NCBI GenBank assembly: GCA_041306975.1
Contig: JBFZEG010000161.1
Coordinates: 5,658 to 69,657 of the forward strand
Direction: 5' to 3'
Length of the DNA stretch: 64,000 nucleotides
From: Gammaproteobacteria bacterium
GTDB lineage: Bacteria; Pseudomonadota; Gammaproteobacteria; Pseudomonadales; Pseudohongiellaceae
Shown here piece by piece: positions 31,547 through 41,512 of the stretch. How positions within the stretch are numbered: position 1 is the first letter of the stretch; every line of letters begins with the position of its first letter. The notes beneath the pieces are model-generated. The model ran no database searches, had not been told where the DNA came from, and worked only from the letters and a program-made list of their open reading frames with translations. The position numbers were made by a program, and so were the translations under genes.

Positions 31547-32326
31547 TTGAAAACGCCTGATGTAAACCCCGACAACCGCCCGGAACTAACAATTGTTGGT
31601 CACCTGGTGGAGCTGCGCGATCGCATACTCAAATGCGTCGTCGCACTGCTCGTGGTGTTCTTGGGGCTGATCTATTTCGCCAATGATATCTATGCGTTTG
31701 TTGCTTATCCGCTGACGTCGGTGTTGCCGCCTGATACCAGCATGATTGCAATTGATCCGACTTCACCGTTCTTCACACCCTTCAAGCTAACGTTTTACGC
31801 CGCCTTGTTTGTTTGTGCACCTTACATTCTTTTTCAGGTATGGGCATTTATTGCACCGGGTCTGTATGCCAATGAAAAATCGCTGGCCATCCCGCTGTTT
31901 GTCTCCAGTGTGCTGCTTTTTTACGCAGGCATGGCCTTTGCGTACTACGTGCTGTTTGGCATCGTGTTCGGTTTTTTTGTGTCAGTTGCACCGGAAGGAA
32001 TCGCCGTTGCACCGGATATTGCCAGCTACCTGAGTTTTGTATTAAAAATATTTTTTGCTTTTGGTTTTGCTTTCGAAATCCCCATTGCAGTGTTTCTGAT
32101 GATCTGGTCAGGCATGGTTGAAGTGGAATCTCTTGAAGGCAAACGCCCGTACATCATCGTCGGTTGTTTTGTTGTTGGCATGCTGCTGACGCCGCCGGAT
32201 CCTTTCAGTCAGATTATTATGGCTGTGCCGATGTGGATGCTTTTTGAGGTTGGGGTATATTGCGGCAAGATTTATATGCGCAAGAAGCACGATCGTGAAC
32301 TGGCCGAGCAGTCACAGCAATCGTAA
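31547..32326 (+). CDS. tatC: Tat translocase subunit C
   Basis: HLVELRDR, FIAPGLY, LTPPD; six TM segments. Confidence 0.95.
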   Translation: MKTPDVNPDNRPELTIVGHLVELRDRILKCVVALLVVFLGLIYFANDIYAFVAYPLTSVLPPDTSMIAIDPTSPFFTPFKLTFYAALFVCAPYILFQVWAFIAPGLYANEKSLAIPLFVSSVLLFYAGMAFAYYVLFGIVFGFFVSVAPEGIAVAPDIASYLSFVLKIFFAFGFAFEIPIAVFLMIWSGMVEVESLEGKRPYIIVGCFVVGMLLTPPDPFSQIIMAVPMWMLFEVGVYCGKIYMRKKHDRELAEQSQQS

Positions 32327-32335
32327 TAATCAACA

Positions 32336-32773
32336 TCAGGCTCGCAGACTGAACGTCACCGGGCCGTCGTTCTCCAGCAGTATCTTCATGTCTGCACCAA
32401 ACTGACCAGTGACAACATTTGGGTAACTTGCCTGACACCAGCGCACCAGTTCATGGTAAAGCACCTCGGCTTCTGCAGGGGGCATGGCAGAGGTAAAACT
32501 TGGCCGCAACCCTCGCCCGGTGTCGGCGGCGAGCGTGAACTGTGACACCAGCATAATCTGCCCGTTGATCGCGCTGACGCTTAGATTCATGCGACCTTCA
32601 ACATCCGCAAAAACCCGATAATCCAGCACCTTTTGCAGTAGTTTTTCACCCTGGGCGCGGGTATCACTCTTTTCAATACCCAGCAGCACGACCAATCCCT
32701 TGTCGATAACAGCATGCTGCATTCCACCAATCGAAAGTCTGGCGTAATTAACGCGTTGAATCAGAGCTATCAT
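32336..32773 (-). CDS. dtd: D-aminoacyl-tRNA deacylase
   Basis: IQRV, SQFTL, NDGPVT. Confidence 0.95.
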   Translation of the reverse strand: MIALIQRVNYARLSIGGMQHAVIDKGLVVLLGIEKSDTRAQGEKLLQKVLDYRVFADVEGRMNLSVSAINGQIMLVSQFTLAADTGRGLRPSFTSAMPPAEAEVLYHELVRWCQASYPNVVTGQFGADMKILLENDGPVTFSLRA

Positions 32774-32898
32774 CGCGGCCTCCGGAATGAATGATGACGG
32801 CCGGCCCGCGTAGCCTGTGGAGCGGGAAAATTGGCGGCAGATCTTTCGATCTGCCGAGATTGTCCCCGCTGCAAATGGCTGCCGTCTGCTGCTTCAGA

Positions 32899-34722
32899 TT
32901 AACGCGCAGCTGAACCGCGGCTGGCACGTTTTCGATCGCTTTCTGTCAGATTCTTTTTACGAATACGGATGCTCAGCGGTGTAATCTCCACCAACTCATC
33001 TTCGTCGATGAACTCCATCGCCTGTTCCAAGGTATGTTTGGTCGGCGGCGTCAGTACGATGTTTTCGTCAGTCCCGGACGCACGCACGTTGGTGAGTTGT
33101 TTACCTTTGATCGGGTTCACCACCAGATCATTATCGCGGCTGTGAAGGCCAATAATCATGCCTTCATACACCTCAATGTTCGGCTCGATAAACAGTCGGC
33201 CACGCTCCTGCAACATCCACAGCGAGTAACCCAGCGCCTTGCCGGTCACCATAGACACCAGCACGCCGTTTTTACGGGCCGCCAGGTCACCCTGCTTGAC
33301 CGCGCCGTAATGATCAAACACATGGTTCATCATGCCGGTGCCAGATGTCATACTCATAAACATGGAACGGAAACCAATCAATCCGCGTGTTGGGATTTCA
33401 AAGGTCAGGCGCACGCGCCCCTTACCGTCCGGCAACATGTCCTGCATTTCGGCGCGACGCAAACCCAGCTCTTCAATCACCGCACCCTGATGCTCATCGT
33501 TGCAGTCAATTACCAGTGCCTCGTAAGGCTCTTGCATCATGCCATCAACTTCTTTCATGATGACTTCAGGACGGGAAACGGCCAGCTCAAAACCTTCGCG
33601 GCGCATCGACTCAATAAGCACCGACAAATGTAATTCGCCACGACCCGATACTTTGTACTTGTCTGCTGACTCACCCGGCTCAACCCGCAGCGCAACGTTG
33701 TGTATCAATTCGCGTTCAAGTCTGTCTTTGAGATTGCGGGTCGTAACATACTTGCCCTCTCTTCCGGCAAACGGTGAATCATTTACCTGGAAAGTCATGC
33801 TGATGGTTGGCTGATCAACCGTCAGCGGGGGCATGGCTTCGATATGCTCCGGGTCGCAGATGGTGTCGGAAATGTGTAACTTGTCGATGCCGGTTATACA
33901 GATAATTTCACCGGCAGTGGCCTCCGGCACATCGATGCGCTCCAGTCCCAGATGGCTCTTCACCTGCAGAATTTTGCCTTTACGCTGATTGCCCTCCACG
34001 TCAACAATGACCACCTGCATGTTTGGCTTGGCAATACCACCGGTCACACGGCCGATCCCAATGACACCGACATAACTGTTGTAGTCCAGTGCACTGATCT
34101 GCATACGGAAAGGTGCGTCGATGTTGACGGGTGGGGGCGGAACAAACTTGATAATGGTGTCAAACAACGGATCCATGTTATCGCTCATGGCATCTGCTTC
34201 CAGACCCGCGATACCGTTCAGTGCCGAGGCGTACACCACCGGAAAATCCAGTTGTTCGTCTGTGGCACCCAGACGGTCAAACAGGTCAAATACTTCGCCT
34301 AGCACCCAGTCCGGACGCGCGCCGGGGCGATCTATTTTGTTGATAACCACAATTGGATGCAGGCCCTGTGCAAAGGCTTTTTGAGTCACAAACCGGGTTT
34401 GCGGCATCGGCCCATCAACGGCGTCAACCAGCAGCAGCACACTGTCAACCATCGACATTACCCGCTCGACCTCACCACCAAAGTCAGCGTGACCGGGTGT
34501 ATCTACAATGTTGATGTGGTAACCGTTCCAGTTAATCGCGGTATTTTTGGCCAGAATGGTAATGCCGCGCTCTTTCTCCTGATCATTGGAGTCCATGACT
34601 CGCTCAATGGCGCCGCCACGAGTGTTCAGCGTGCCGGAGAGGTTCAGCAGTTTATCAACCAGTGTAGTCTTGCCATGGTCAACGTGGGCGATAATGGCGA
34701 TGTTGCGGATTTTTTCAATCAC
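32899..34722 (-). CDS. typA: Translational GTPase TypA/BipA
   Basis: [29 protein letters not shown]; GTG start at 34722. Confidence 0.96.
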   Translation of the reverse strand: MIEKIRNIAIIAHVDHGKTTLVDKLLNLSGTLNTRGGAIERVMDSNDQEKERGITILAKNTAINWNGYHINIVDTPGHADFGGEVERVMSMVDSVLLLVDAVDGPMPQTRFVTQKAFAQGLHPIVVINKIDRPGARPDWVLGEVFDLFDRLGATDEQLDFPVVYASALNGIAGLEADAMSDNMDPLFDTIIKFVPPPPVNIDAPFRMQISALDYNSYVGVIGIGRVTGGIAKPNMQVVIVDVEGNQRKGKILQVKSHLGLERIDVPEATAGEIICITGIDKLHISDTICDPEHIEAMPPLTVDQPTISMTFQVNDSPFAGREGKYVTTRNLKDRLERELIHNVALRVEPGESADKYKVSGRGELHLSVLIESMRREGFELAVSRPEVIMKEVDGMMQEPYEALVIDCNDEHQGAVIEELGLRRAEMQDMLPDGKGRVRLTFEIPTRGLIGFRSMFMSMTSGTGMMNHVFDHYGAVKQGDLAARKNGVLVSMVTGKALGYSLWMLQERGRLFIEPNIEVYEGMIIGLHSRDNDLVVNPIKGKQLTNVRASGTDENIVLTPPTKHTLEQAMEFIDEDELVEITPLSIRIRKKNLTESDRKRASRGSAAR

Positions 34723-34904
34723 GGAAAAGAACCTGTAAATTAGAAGATTGCTGCGACGCTTGGCCGCAGATGGATCATGCAGATCACTTACAAAAATGGC
34801 GGCAGAGTATACAACGGACCGCGGGGGCTTGTCAGTCAACTATTTATGACAAACCGCTGCACCAAAAAAGCGCGCTCAAACATGTCTGAAAACACCCGCC
34901 ACAC

Positions 34905-35277
34905 TCACGGCCGGTAAACACCCACATTAAGGTCGCCGGCGTCATTCAAATGAAAGGCATACAACGGGCTCATCATGCCCTTTTCGTAGTACAACAGATA
35001 GGTAATTTGTCTGTCGGGTGCTGAAAACCTGCTGACAAGCTCGTGAAAGCGGCCCACTTGCACGGAGCCATCATTCTCGTGCACCAAAAACGCACCAGTA
35101 TTTTGTTGTCATCCGGGGTTTGCACTTCCAGAAGGTCCCAATCACCAGTTACACTAATCTGGCTATTGAGGCGCCTGAGTACGATTCTCAGGTTGCGACG
35201 CAGACCCTGAATCAGACGATGTGTGACCGCGCGAGTTTTGATGGTGATTTCGGGGAAAATCTGATCAGGTAACGCAT
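34905..35277 (-). pseudogene. thiI: thiI (tRNA 4-thiouridine synthase) remnant
   Basis: ATG at 35277 gives MRYLIR, then a 1-nt frameshift into FPEITIKTRAV..NLRIVL..VTGDWD (ThiI N-terminus). A second frame gives FHELVSRF..YLLYYEKGMMS..NVGVYRP (ThiI rhodanese C-terminus). Middle deleted; typA-thiI-glnA synteny. Confidence 0.85.
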
Positions 35278-35298
35278 TAAAACCTCTGCGGCGAGTCT

Positions 35299-35345
35299 TG
35301 CACCATAACAGGGCTTTGCCATAGCTATTGCACTTTAATAGTGCA
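35299..35345. promoter_or_regulatory. Tandem NtrC enhancer sites for glnA
   Basis: TGCACCATAACAGGGCT (35299-35315) and TGCACTTTAATAGTGCA (35329-35345) vs consensus TGCACCA-N3-TGGTGCA. Confidence 0.8.
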
Positions 35346-35407
35346 TTTTTATGGGCGTCTGATAAAACAAGCGTCTGATTTATCAAGCTCTTGCGCGACC
35401 ATTCTGG

Positions 35408-35423
35408 TGGCACGCATTTTGCT
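35408..35423 (+). promoter_or_regulatory. sigma54 -24/-12 promoter of glnA
   Basis: TGGCACGCATTTTGCT fits TGGCAC-N5-TTGCW. Confidence 0.9.
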
Positions 35424-35584
35424 GAATATTCTGTACTCGGGAACTGAGCGGACGGGACACATCGCTGCCGTCTGCCCGTCTTGTTGAGAGCAGATTGTTG
35501 CAGCATTAATAACCCGTGGTTGACGCCGTTAAAAAAATCCCGGCACAGTCACTCTTTATTTCTAGATCGAACGGAGGATCAGGA

Positions 35585-36991
35585 ATGTCTAAAACTTTAG
35601 AAATGATCAAAGAACATAATGCAAAGTGGGTAGACCTCCGTTTTACGGATACAAAGGGAAAAGAGCAGCACGTGACTTTCCCGGTCTCTAAAGTCGACGA
35701 AACCTTTCTGGAAGGCGTGATGTTTGACGGCTCATCCGTTGCCGGCTGGAAAGGCATCAACGAGTCAGACATGATTCTGCGCCCGGACGACAGCACAGCC
35801 GTACTGGACCCGTTTGCTGACGAGATCCAGGTTAACCTGCGTTGCGACATCATCGAGCCACGGACCATGCAAGGATACAACCGCGATCCGCGCTCTGTGG
35901 CACGTCGCGCTGAAGAGTATCTGAAATCTACCGGTATCGCAGACAAGGCGTTCTTCGGACCGGAAAACGAATTTTTTGTATTTGATGACATCAAGTGGCA
36001 CGTCGGCATGGACCGATCTTTCTTCCAGATCGGCAGTGACGAAGCAGCCTGGTCAAGCGACAAGAAGATTGAAGGTGGCAATATGGGTCACCGTAACCGC
36101 GTTAAGGGCGGTTACTTCCCAGTACCCCCAGTGGATGCATTGCACGACCTGCGTGGCGCCATGTGCGATACCATGACATCCATGGGCATCGACGTTGAAC
36201 TGCACCACCACGAAGTAGCCAATGCCGGCCAGTGCGAGATCGGCGCTAAATTTAATACGCTGGTTGCCAAGGCTGATGAAGTACAGATTCTCAAGTACTG
36301 CATCCTGAGCACTGCACACGCCTACGGCAAAACCGCAACCTTTATGCCCAAGCCACTGGTTGGCGACAACGGTTCAGGCATGCACGTTCACATGTCTCTG
36401 TCCAAGGATGGCAAAAACACGTTTGCGGGCGACGGCTACGCCGGTCTGTCTGATACTGCGCTGTACTATATTGGCGGCATCATTAAACACGCGAAGACAC
36501 TGAACGCTTTTGGTAACGCGTCTACCAACTCGTACAAGCGCCTGGTGAAAGGTTTTGAAGCTCCAACGCTGCTAGCCTACTCCTCACGCAACCGTTCTGC
36601 TTCCATTCGTATTCCTTACATTCTGGGCGGCAACCCACGCGCCATCCGTATCGAAGTACGTTTTGGTGACAACACTGCGAACCCTTACCTGTACTTCGCT
36701 GCGCTGTTGATGGCAGGTCTGGACGGTATTCAGAACAAGATTCACCCCGGCGATCCGGCTTCCAAAGACCTGTATGACCTGGAGCCTGAAGAAGAAGCGC
36801 TGATTCCGAAGGTGTGTTACTCACTGGACGAAGCACTGGACAATCTGGATGCCAACCGTGACTTCCTGAAGAAAGGTGGCGTATTCTGCGACGACCTGAT
36901 CGATGCGTACATCGAACTGAAGCGTCAGGATTGCACTCGTCTGAACATGTCTACGCACCCCGTAGAATTCGACATGTACTACAGCCTGTAA
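35585..36991 (+). CDS. glnA: Glutamine synthetase type I
   Basis: [26 protein letters not shown], adenylylation site DLYDL. Confidence 0.98.
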   Translation: MSKTLEMIKEHNAKWVDLRFTDTKGKEQHVTFPVSKVDETFLEGVMFDGSSVAGWKGINESDMILRPDDSTAVLDPFADEIQVNLRCDIIEPRTMQGYNRDPRSVARRAEEYLKSTGIADKAFFGPENEFFVFDDIKWHVGMDRSFFQIGSDEAAWSSDKKIEGGNMGHRNRVKGGYFPVPPVDALHDLRGAMCDTMTSMGIDVELHHHEVANAGQCEIGAKFNTLVAKADEVQILKYCILSTAHAYGKTATFMPKPLVGDNGSGMHVHMSLSKDGKNTFAGDGYAGLSDTALYYIGGIIKHAKTLNAFGNASTNSYKRLVKGFEAPTLLAYSSRNRSASIRIPYILGGNPRAIRIEVRFGDNTANPYLYFAALLMAGLDGIQNKIHPGDPASKDLYDLEPEEEALIPKVCYSLDEALDNLDANRDFLKKGGVFCDDLIDAYIELKRQDCTRLNMSTHPVEFDMYYSL

Positions 36992-37015
36992 CCGCCAGCC
37001 GCTAAACGCTGTCTG

Positions 37016-37055
37016 AAAAAACGCCTGCCTGGGCAATCCGGCAGGCGTTTTTTTT
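37016..37055 (+). terminator. Intrinsic terminator after glnA
   Basis: aaaaaacgcctgcc...ggcaggcgtttttttt stem-loop with U tract. Confidence 0.9.
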
Positions 37056-37083
37056 GGCTGTCCAATAAACAATTCTCGCATCA

Positions 37084-37100
37084 GGCACTATTTTGGTGCA
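37084..37100. promoter_or_regulatory. NtrC site upstream of ntrB
   Basis: GGCACTATTTTGGTGCA, near-consensus, as at the E. coli glnL promoter. Confidence 0.75.
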
Positions 37101-37304
37101 TTGTATTTTATGCGTGACTGAATCAGGTGCGCTGCCCATCCGAACAGTCACCTTGCAGACCACCAAAAGCCATTCAAGCTGTTCAGTTTCCGACACTGCA
37201 CAGCCAGCTTCATCATGGTTTGGAACTTGCATGCATCTGCTTACCATCCGGATTGGCAGTCACAAACCCCCGGGCCCGTTTGTTTCTGGAACCAGCAAAA
37301 AAAC

Positions 37305-38432
37305 ATGTTTGATAGCAGCAACCCAAAACTATGCAGGCGACTTCTGGACAGCATGTCCACCGCCATACTACTGCTGGATACCGGGCTGCGCCTGCAGTAC
37401 ATCAATCTGGCGGCGGAGAGCCTGTTGGCGGTCAGTGGTCGACAGCTGCAAAACGTTTTTCTCGGAGACATTTTTGTTAATGCAGAGCAGGACGTGCAAG
37501 ACATCCGGCAGGCGCTCGCCCTGCAGCATAGTTTTACCAAGCGCAAAGCCCAGTTGCAGTTAAGCGGCGGGCGCATGCTGCAGGGGGATTACACGGTCAC
37601 CCCCCTGCTTGATTTTAAAGACGTGTCCATCCTCATCGAAGTGCAGGGCACTAACTATGCCGAGCGCATCAGTCGCGATGAGAACATGATTTCCACCCAC
37701 GAAACCACTCGCGAACTAGTCCGCGGCCTGGCACATGAAATCAAGAATCCGCTGGGTGGTATTCGCGGCGCCGCGCAGTTGCTGGCAGCTGAACTGCCTA
37801 ATTCAGAGCTGACCGACTATACCAACGTTATTATTGAAGAAGCTGACCGCCTGCATAAACTGGTAGACCGGCTGGTAGGTTCGCGAAAGCCCATGGAGTT
37901 CCGCAAACTCAATATCCATGAAGTGCTGGAACGTGTCCGCAACCTGATCGAAGCGGAGGTACGCGACCGGGATATCAGCGTTGGGCGTGACTATGACCCC
38001 AGTATTCCTGAACTTTTAGGTGACTCTGAACAGCTCATACAGGCTGTTCTGAATATCGTTCGTAATGCCGTTCAGGCGCTTGAAAGCCCGCATGTCAAAC
38101 ACCGTTCAGGCCTGATTGAACTCAAAACACGCATCATGCGCAACATCACTATCGGAACCGTTTTCCACAAACTGGTGACACGCATTGAAGTTGTCGACAA
38201 CGGGCCAGGCGTCCCCCCTGAACTCATCGACAGTATTTTTTTCCCGATGATCAGTGGCCGCGCTGAAGGAACCGGCCTGGGATTATCCATCGCCCACTCC
38301 ATTATCAATCAGCACAAAGGCATCATTGAGTGCAAGAGCCAGCCGGGCCACACCCGGTTTACCATTTATCTGCCAGTGTTGAGCCAAACACCGGCGCCCA
38401 ACCTGTTTAACTCCGGTCAGACAGGAAAATAG
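37305..38432 (+). CDS. glnL: Nitrogen regulation sensor kinase NtrB
   Basis: PAS domain, GLAHEIKNPLGGIRGAAQLL, DNGPG, GTGLGL. Confidence 0.95.
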   Translation: MFDSSNPKLCRRLLDSMSTAILLLDTGLRLQYINLAAESLLAVSGRQLQNVFLGDIFVNAEQDVQDIRQALALQHSFTKRKAQLQLSGGRMLQGDYTVTPLLDFKDVSILIEVQGTNYAERISRDENMISTHETTRELVRGLAHEIKNPLGGIRGAAQLLAAELPNSELTDYTNVIIEEADRLHKLVDRLVGSRKPMEFRKLNIHEVLERVRNLIEAEVRDRDISVGRDYDPSIPELLGDSEQLIQAVLNIVRNAVQALESPHVKHRSGLIELKTRIMRNITIGTVFHKLVTRIEVVDNGPGVPPELIDSIFFPMISGRAEGTGLGLSIAHSIINQHKGIIECKSQPGHTRFTIYLPVLSQTPAPNLFNSGQTGK

Positions 38433-38453
38433 CGTTCACAGAGTATAGAAACC

Positions 38454-39887
38454 ATGAACAAACATAATACGGTCTGGGTTCTGGATGATGACAAGTCGAT
38501 TCGTTGGGTGCTGGAAAAGTCACTCAGCAGATCGGGTCTGCACACTCAAAGCTTTGAGAATGGTGATGATCTGTTGCACCGGCTGGAAAAGGAGCGGCCA
38601 GACGCAATCATCAGCGACATCCGCATGCCCGGCATCAATGGTCTCGATCTGTTATCAACCGTGCATGAACGCTTCCCGCAACTGCCGGTGATTATTATGA
38701 CCGCGCATTCTGACCTGGACAGCGCAGTGTCATCCTACAGCCGCGGTGCGTTTGAATACCTGCCCAAACCTTTTGACATTGAAGAGGCCGTGGCAATGAC
38801 ACAGCGTGCACTGGAACATGCGCGCGAGCAGGACATTGAAATCCCTTCGCCGGTCATTGAAAACGGCAAAGAAATCATTGGCGAAGCACCGGCCATGCAA
38901 GAAGTTTTCCGGGCGATCGGCAGGCTCTCGCAGTCGAACATCACGGTGCTTATCAACGGCGAATCCGGTACCGGCAAAGAGCTGGTGGCGCACGCCCTGC
39001 ACAAACACAGCCCTCGTCGCGAGCGCCAGTTCATCGCCCTGAACGTTGCGGCCATCCCCAAAGATCTGATCGAGTCAGAGTTGTTTGGTCATGAAAAGGG
39101 CTCATTCACCGGCGCCACCGCACACCGCACCGGCCGTTTTGAGCAAGCCAATGGTGGCACCCTGTTCCTTGACGAAATTGGTGATATGCCCGCGGACACA
39201 CAGACCCGACTGTTGCGTGTTTTGTCAGACGGCGAGTTCTACCGGGTCGGCGGCACAACGCCGATCAAAGTAGACGTGCGCATTATTGCCGCAACTCACC
39301 AGAACCTAGAAAAATTGGTTGCTCAGCACTTGTTCCGCGAAGACCTTTTCCATCGCCTGAATGTGATCCGTATCCACATTCCGCGCCTTCGCGACCGCCG
39401 TGAAGATATACCAAGACTGGCCCGCCATTTTCTGGCCAAAGCAGCTGAAGAACTTAATGTGGAATGCAAGGTACTGCGCCCCGAAACCGAAAAGTACATT
39501 ACCGGCCTCAATTGGCCCGGCAACGTGCGCCAACTGGAAAATTTTTGTCGCTGGATTACCGTCATGGCATCCAGTCGCGAAGTCCGGGTCAATGACCTGC
39601 CGCCTGAACTGATGGAGCATCAGGCACAGAACAGCAGCGCGCGTAACTGGACCCAATTGCTGGATGAATGGGCTGATCAGGAGCTCAATCTGGGGCACAA
39701 AGGCATTCTGGAACAGGCGACACCGGAGTTTGAGCGCACCATGATTCACGTGGCGCTAAAACACACCCTTGGCCGTCGTCGCGACGCTGCTTTGCTTCTG
39801 GGCTGGGGTCGTAATACCTTGACTCGGAAAATCAAGGAGTTAGGCATCGATGATGGTCACTCAGATGCCGATGACCACGACGACTGA
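38454..39887 (+). CDS. glnG: Nitrogen regulation response regulator NtrC
   Basis: Receiver domain, [33 protein letters not shown]. Confidence 0.96.
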   Translation: MNKHNTVWVLDDDKSIRWVLEKSLSRSGLHTQSFENGDDLLHRLEKERPDAIISDIRMPGINGLDLLSTVHERFPQLPVIIMTAHSDLDSAVSSYSRGAFEYLPKPFDIEEAVAMTQRALEHAREQDIEIPSPVIENGKEIIGEAPAMQEVFRAIGRLSQSNITVLINGESGTGKELVAHALHKHSPRRERQFIALNVAAIPKDLIESELFGHEKGSFTGATAHRTGRFEQANGGTLFLDEIGDMPADTQTRLLRVLSDGEFYRVGGTTPIKVDVRIIAATHQNLEKLVAQHLFREDLFHRLNVIRIHIPRLRDRREDIPRLARHFLAKAAEELNVECKVLRPETEKYITGLNWPGNVRQLENFCRWITVMASSREVRVNDLPPELMEHQAQNSSARNWTQLLDEWADQELNLGHKGILEQATPEFERTMIHVALKHTLGRRRDAALLLGWGRNTLTRKIKELGIDDGHSDADDHDD

Positions 39888-40013
39888 TCTCTGCCACACA
39901 TCATGACAAAGCTCAGGTTGAAAAATACCTGAGCGCAACCTATATTTGCCGCACCACATTACACGGTCACCCGCAACAGGTGGCCTGTTAACTCGCGATG
40001 GGCAAATAACAAT

Positions 40014-40766
40014 ATGATTGAAATCAGTCACATCACCAGAAAATTTGAACACTTCACTGCCGTAGACGATCTGAGTTTCACCGTCGCAGAGGGCGAAGTG
40101 CTGGGCTTTCTTGGTCCTAACGGTGCCGGCAAATCGACCACCATGAAAATCATCACCGGATTCCTGGCGCCCAGCTCGGGTCGGGTCAGCATTGATGGTC
40201 ACGATATCGCTGAAGACCCGATGGCTGCAAAAGCTCTGATCGGTTATCTCCCCGAAGGGGCTCCCAGCTACCCGGACATGAGTGTCATCAGTTTTCTGGA
40301 GTTCATCGCTGACATCCGCGGGCTGAGCGGCGCCCAAAAACAGCAACGCATTGAAAAAGTCATCAATGATGTCGAGCTGTCCAGTGTCTGCCATCAAACC
40401 ATCGAGACCCTGTCCAAAGGTTTCAAGCGTCGGGTCGGTCTGGCGCAGGCCATTTTGCATGATCCTAAAGTATTGATTCTCGACGAACCCACCGACGGAC
40501 TCGACCCCAACCAGAAACACCAGGTCCGCAATCTGATCCGCAACCTTGCCAAAGATAAAATAGTGATAGTGTCCACTCACATCCTTGAGGAAGTAAGCGC
40601 AGTCTGTACTCGGGCCATTATCATTAATAAGGGCCGCATTGTTGCAGACGCTGCGCCATCCGAACTTGAGGCAGCCGCCCCTGCAGAATTTATCATTGAG
40701 AGCCAGGCGTCACCGGGCAAACTGGAAGCCTTCTTCCGTAGCGTGACCAGCGCGGGAGCACAATAA
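40014..40766 (+). CDS. ABC transporter ATP-binding protein (GldA-like)
   Basis: GPNGAGKST, LSKG signature, ILDEPT. Confidence 0.9.
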   Translation: MIEISHITRKFEHFTAVDDLSFTVAEGEVLGFLGPNGAGKSTTMKIITGFLAPSSGRVSIDGHDIAEDPMAAKALIGYLPEGAPSYPDMSVISFLEFIADIRGLSGAQKQQRIEKVINDVELSSVCHQTIETLSKGFKRRVGLAQAILHDPKVLILDEPTDGLDPNQKHQVRNLIRNLAKDKIVIVSTHILEEVSAVCTRAIIINKGRIVADAAPSELEAAAPAEFIIESQASPGKLEAFFRSVTSAGAQ

Positions 40767-40768
40767 TC

Positions 40769-41503
40769 ATGGGAAAAACCGGCATCATTTTTAAACGTGA
40801 GCTGTATGCGTATTTCAGCACTCCACTCGCCTATGTTTTTATTGTGATCTTCCTGGTGATGAATGGCATTTTCACCTTTGATCTGGGCGGCTTTTTTATC
40901 CGCGGACAGGCTGATCTGCAACCGTTTTTCAGTTTCCATCCCTGGCTGTACCTGTTTATGATCCCGGCGCTTGCCATGGGCCTGTGGGCAGATGAACGTA
41001 AATCCGGCACCATAGAATTGCTGATGACACTGCCGATACGCCTTCGCGATGCGGTGCTGGGCAAGTTTCTGGCGGCATGGGTACTGAGCGGAATCGCCCT
41101 GCTGCTGACGTTTCCGATCTGGATAACGGTTAACTACCTGGGCTCTCCCGACAATGGGGTGATACTGGCCGCCTACATTGGCAGCTGGCTGATGGCGGGT
41201 GGTTTTCTTGCAATCGGCTCCTGCATGTCGGCACTCACCCGCAACGCGGTCATTGCGTTCATTCTGACAGTGGCGATCTGTTTTGTGTTTGTGTCATCAG
41301 GATCCCCGATTGTGCTCAACGCATTTTCGGGCTGGGCGCCGCAGATACTGTTGGATGCCATCGCAACGCTGAGCTTTCTGACACATTTTGATGCCATCAA
41401 CAAAGGTGTACTGGATATCCGCGACCTGCTGTTTTTTGCGGCAGTGATCGCAGCCTGGTTATTGGCATCCGCCATAGTTATTGAAATCAAGAAAGCGAAC
41501 TAG
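40769..41503 (+). CDS. ABC-2 permease (GldF-like)
   Basis: RELYAYFSTPLAY, ERKSGTIELLMTLP; multiple TM segments. Confidence 0.88.
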   Translation: MGKTGIIFKRELYAYFSTPLAYVFIVIFLVMNGIFTFDLGGFFIRGQADLQPFFSFHPWLYLFMIPALAMGLWADERKSGTIELLMTLPIRLRDAVLGKFLAAWVLSGIALLLTFPIWITVNYLGSPDNGVILAAYIGSWLMAGGFLAIGSCMSALTRNAVIAFILTVAICFVFVSSGSPIVLNAFSGWAPQILLDAIATLSFLTHFDAINKGVLDIRDLLFFAAVIAAWLLASAIVIEIKKAN

Positions 41504-41512
41504 GAGCTGGCC

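Noticed and set aside
34858-35096. Extra NtrC sites (TGCACCAAAA at 34858 and 35080)
   Set aside because: Half-sites only, with no good inverted partner at the right spacing.
34973-35506. 177-aa minus-strand ORF as a real gene
   Set aside because: It spans the glnA sigma54/NtrC region; only its middle part is thiI relic sequence.
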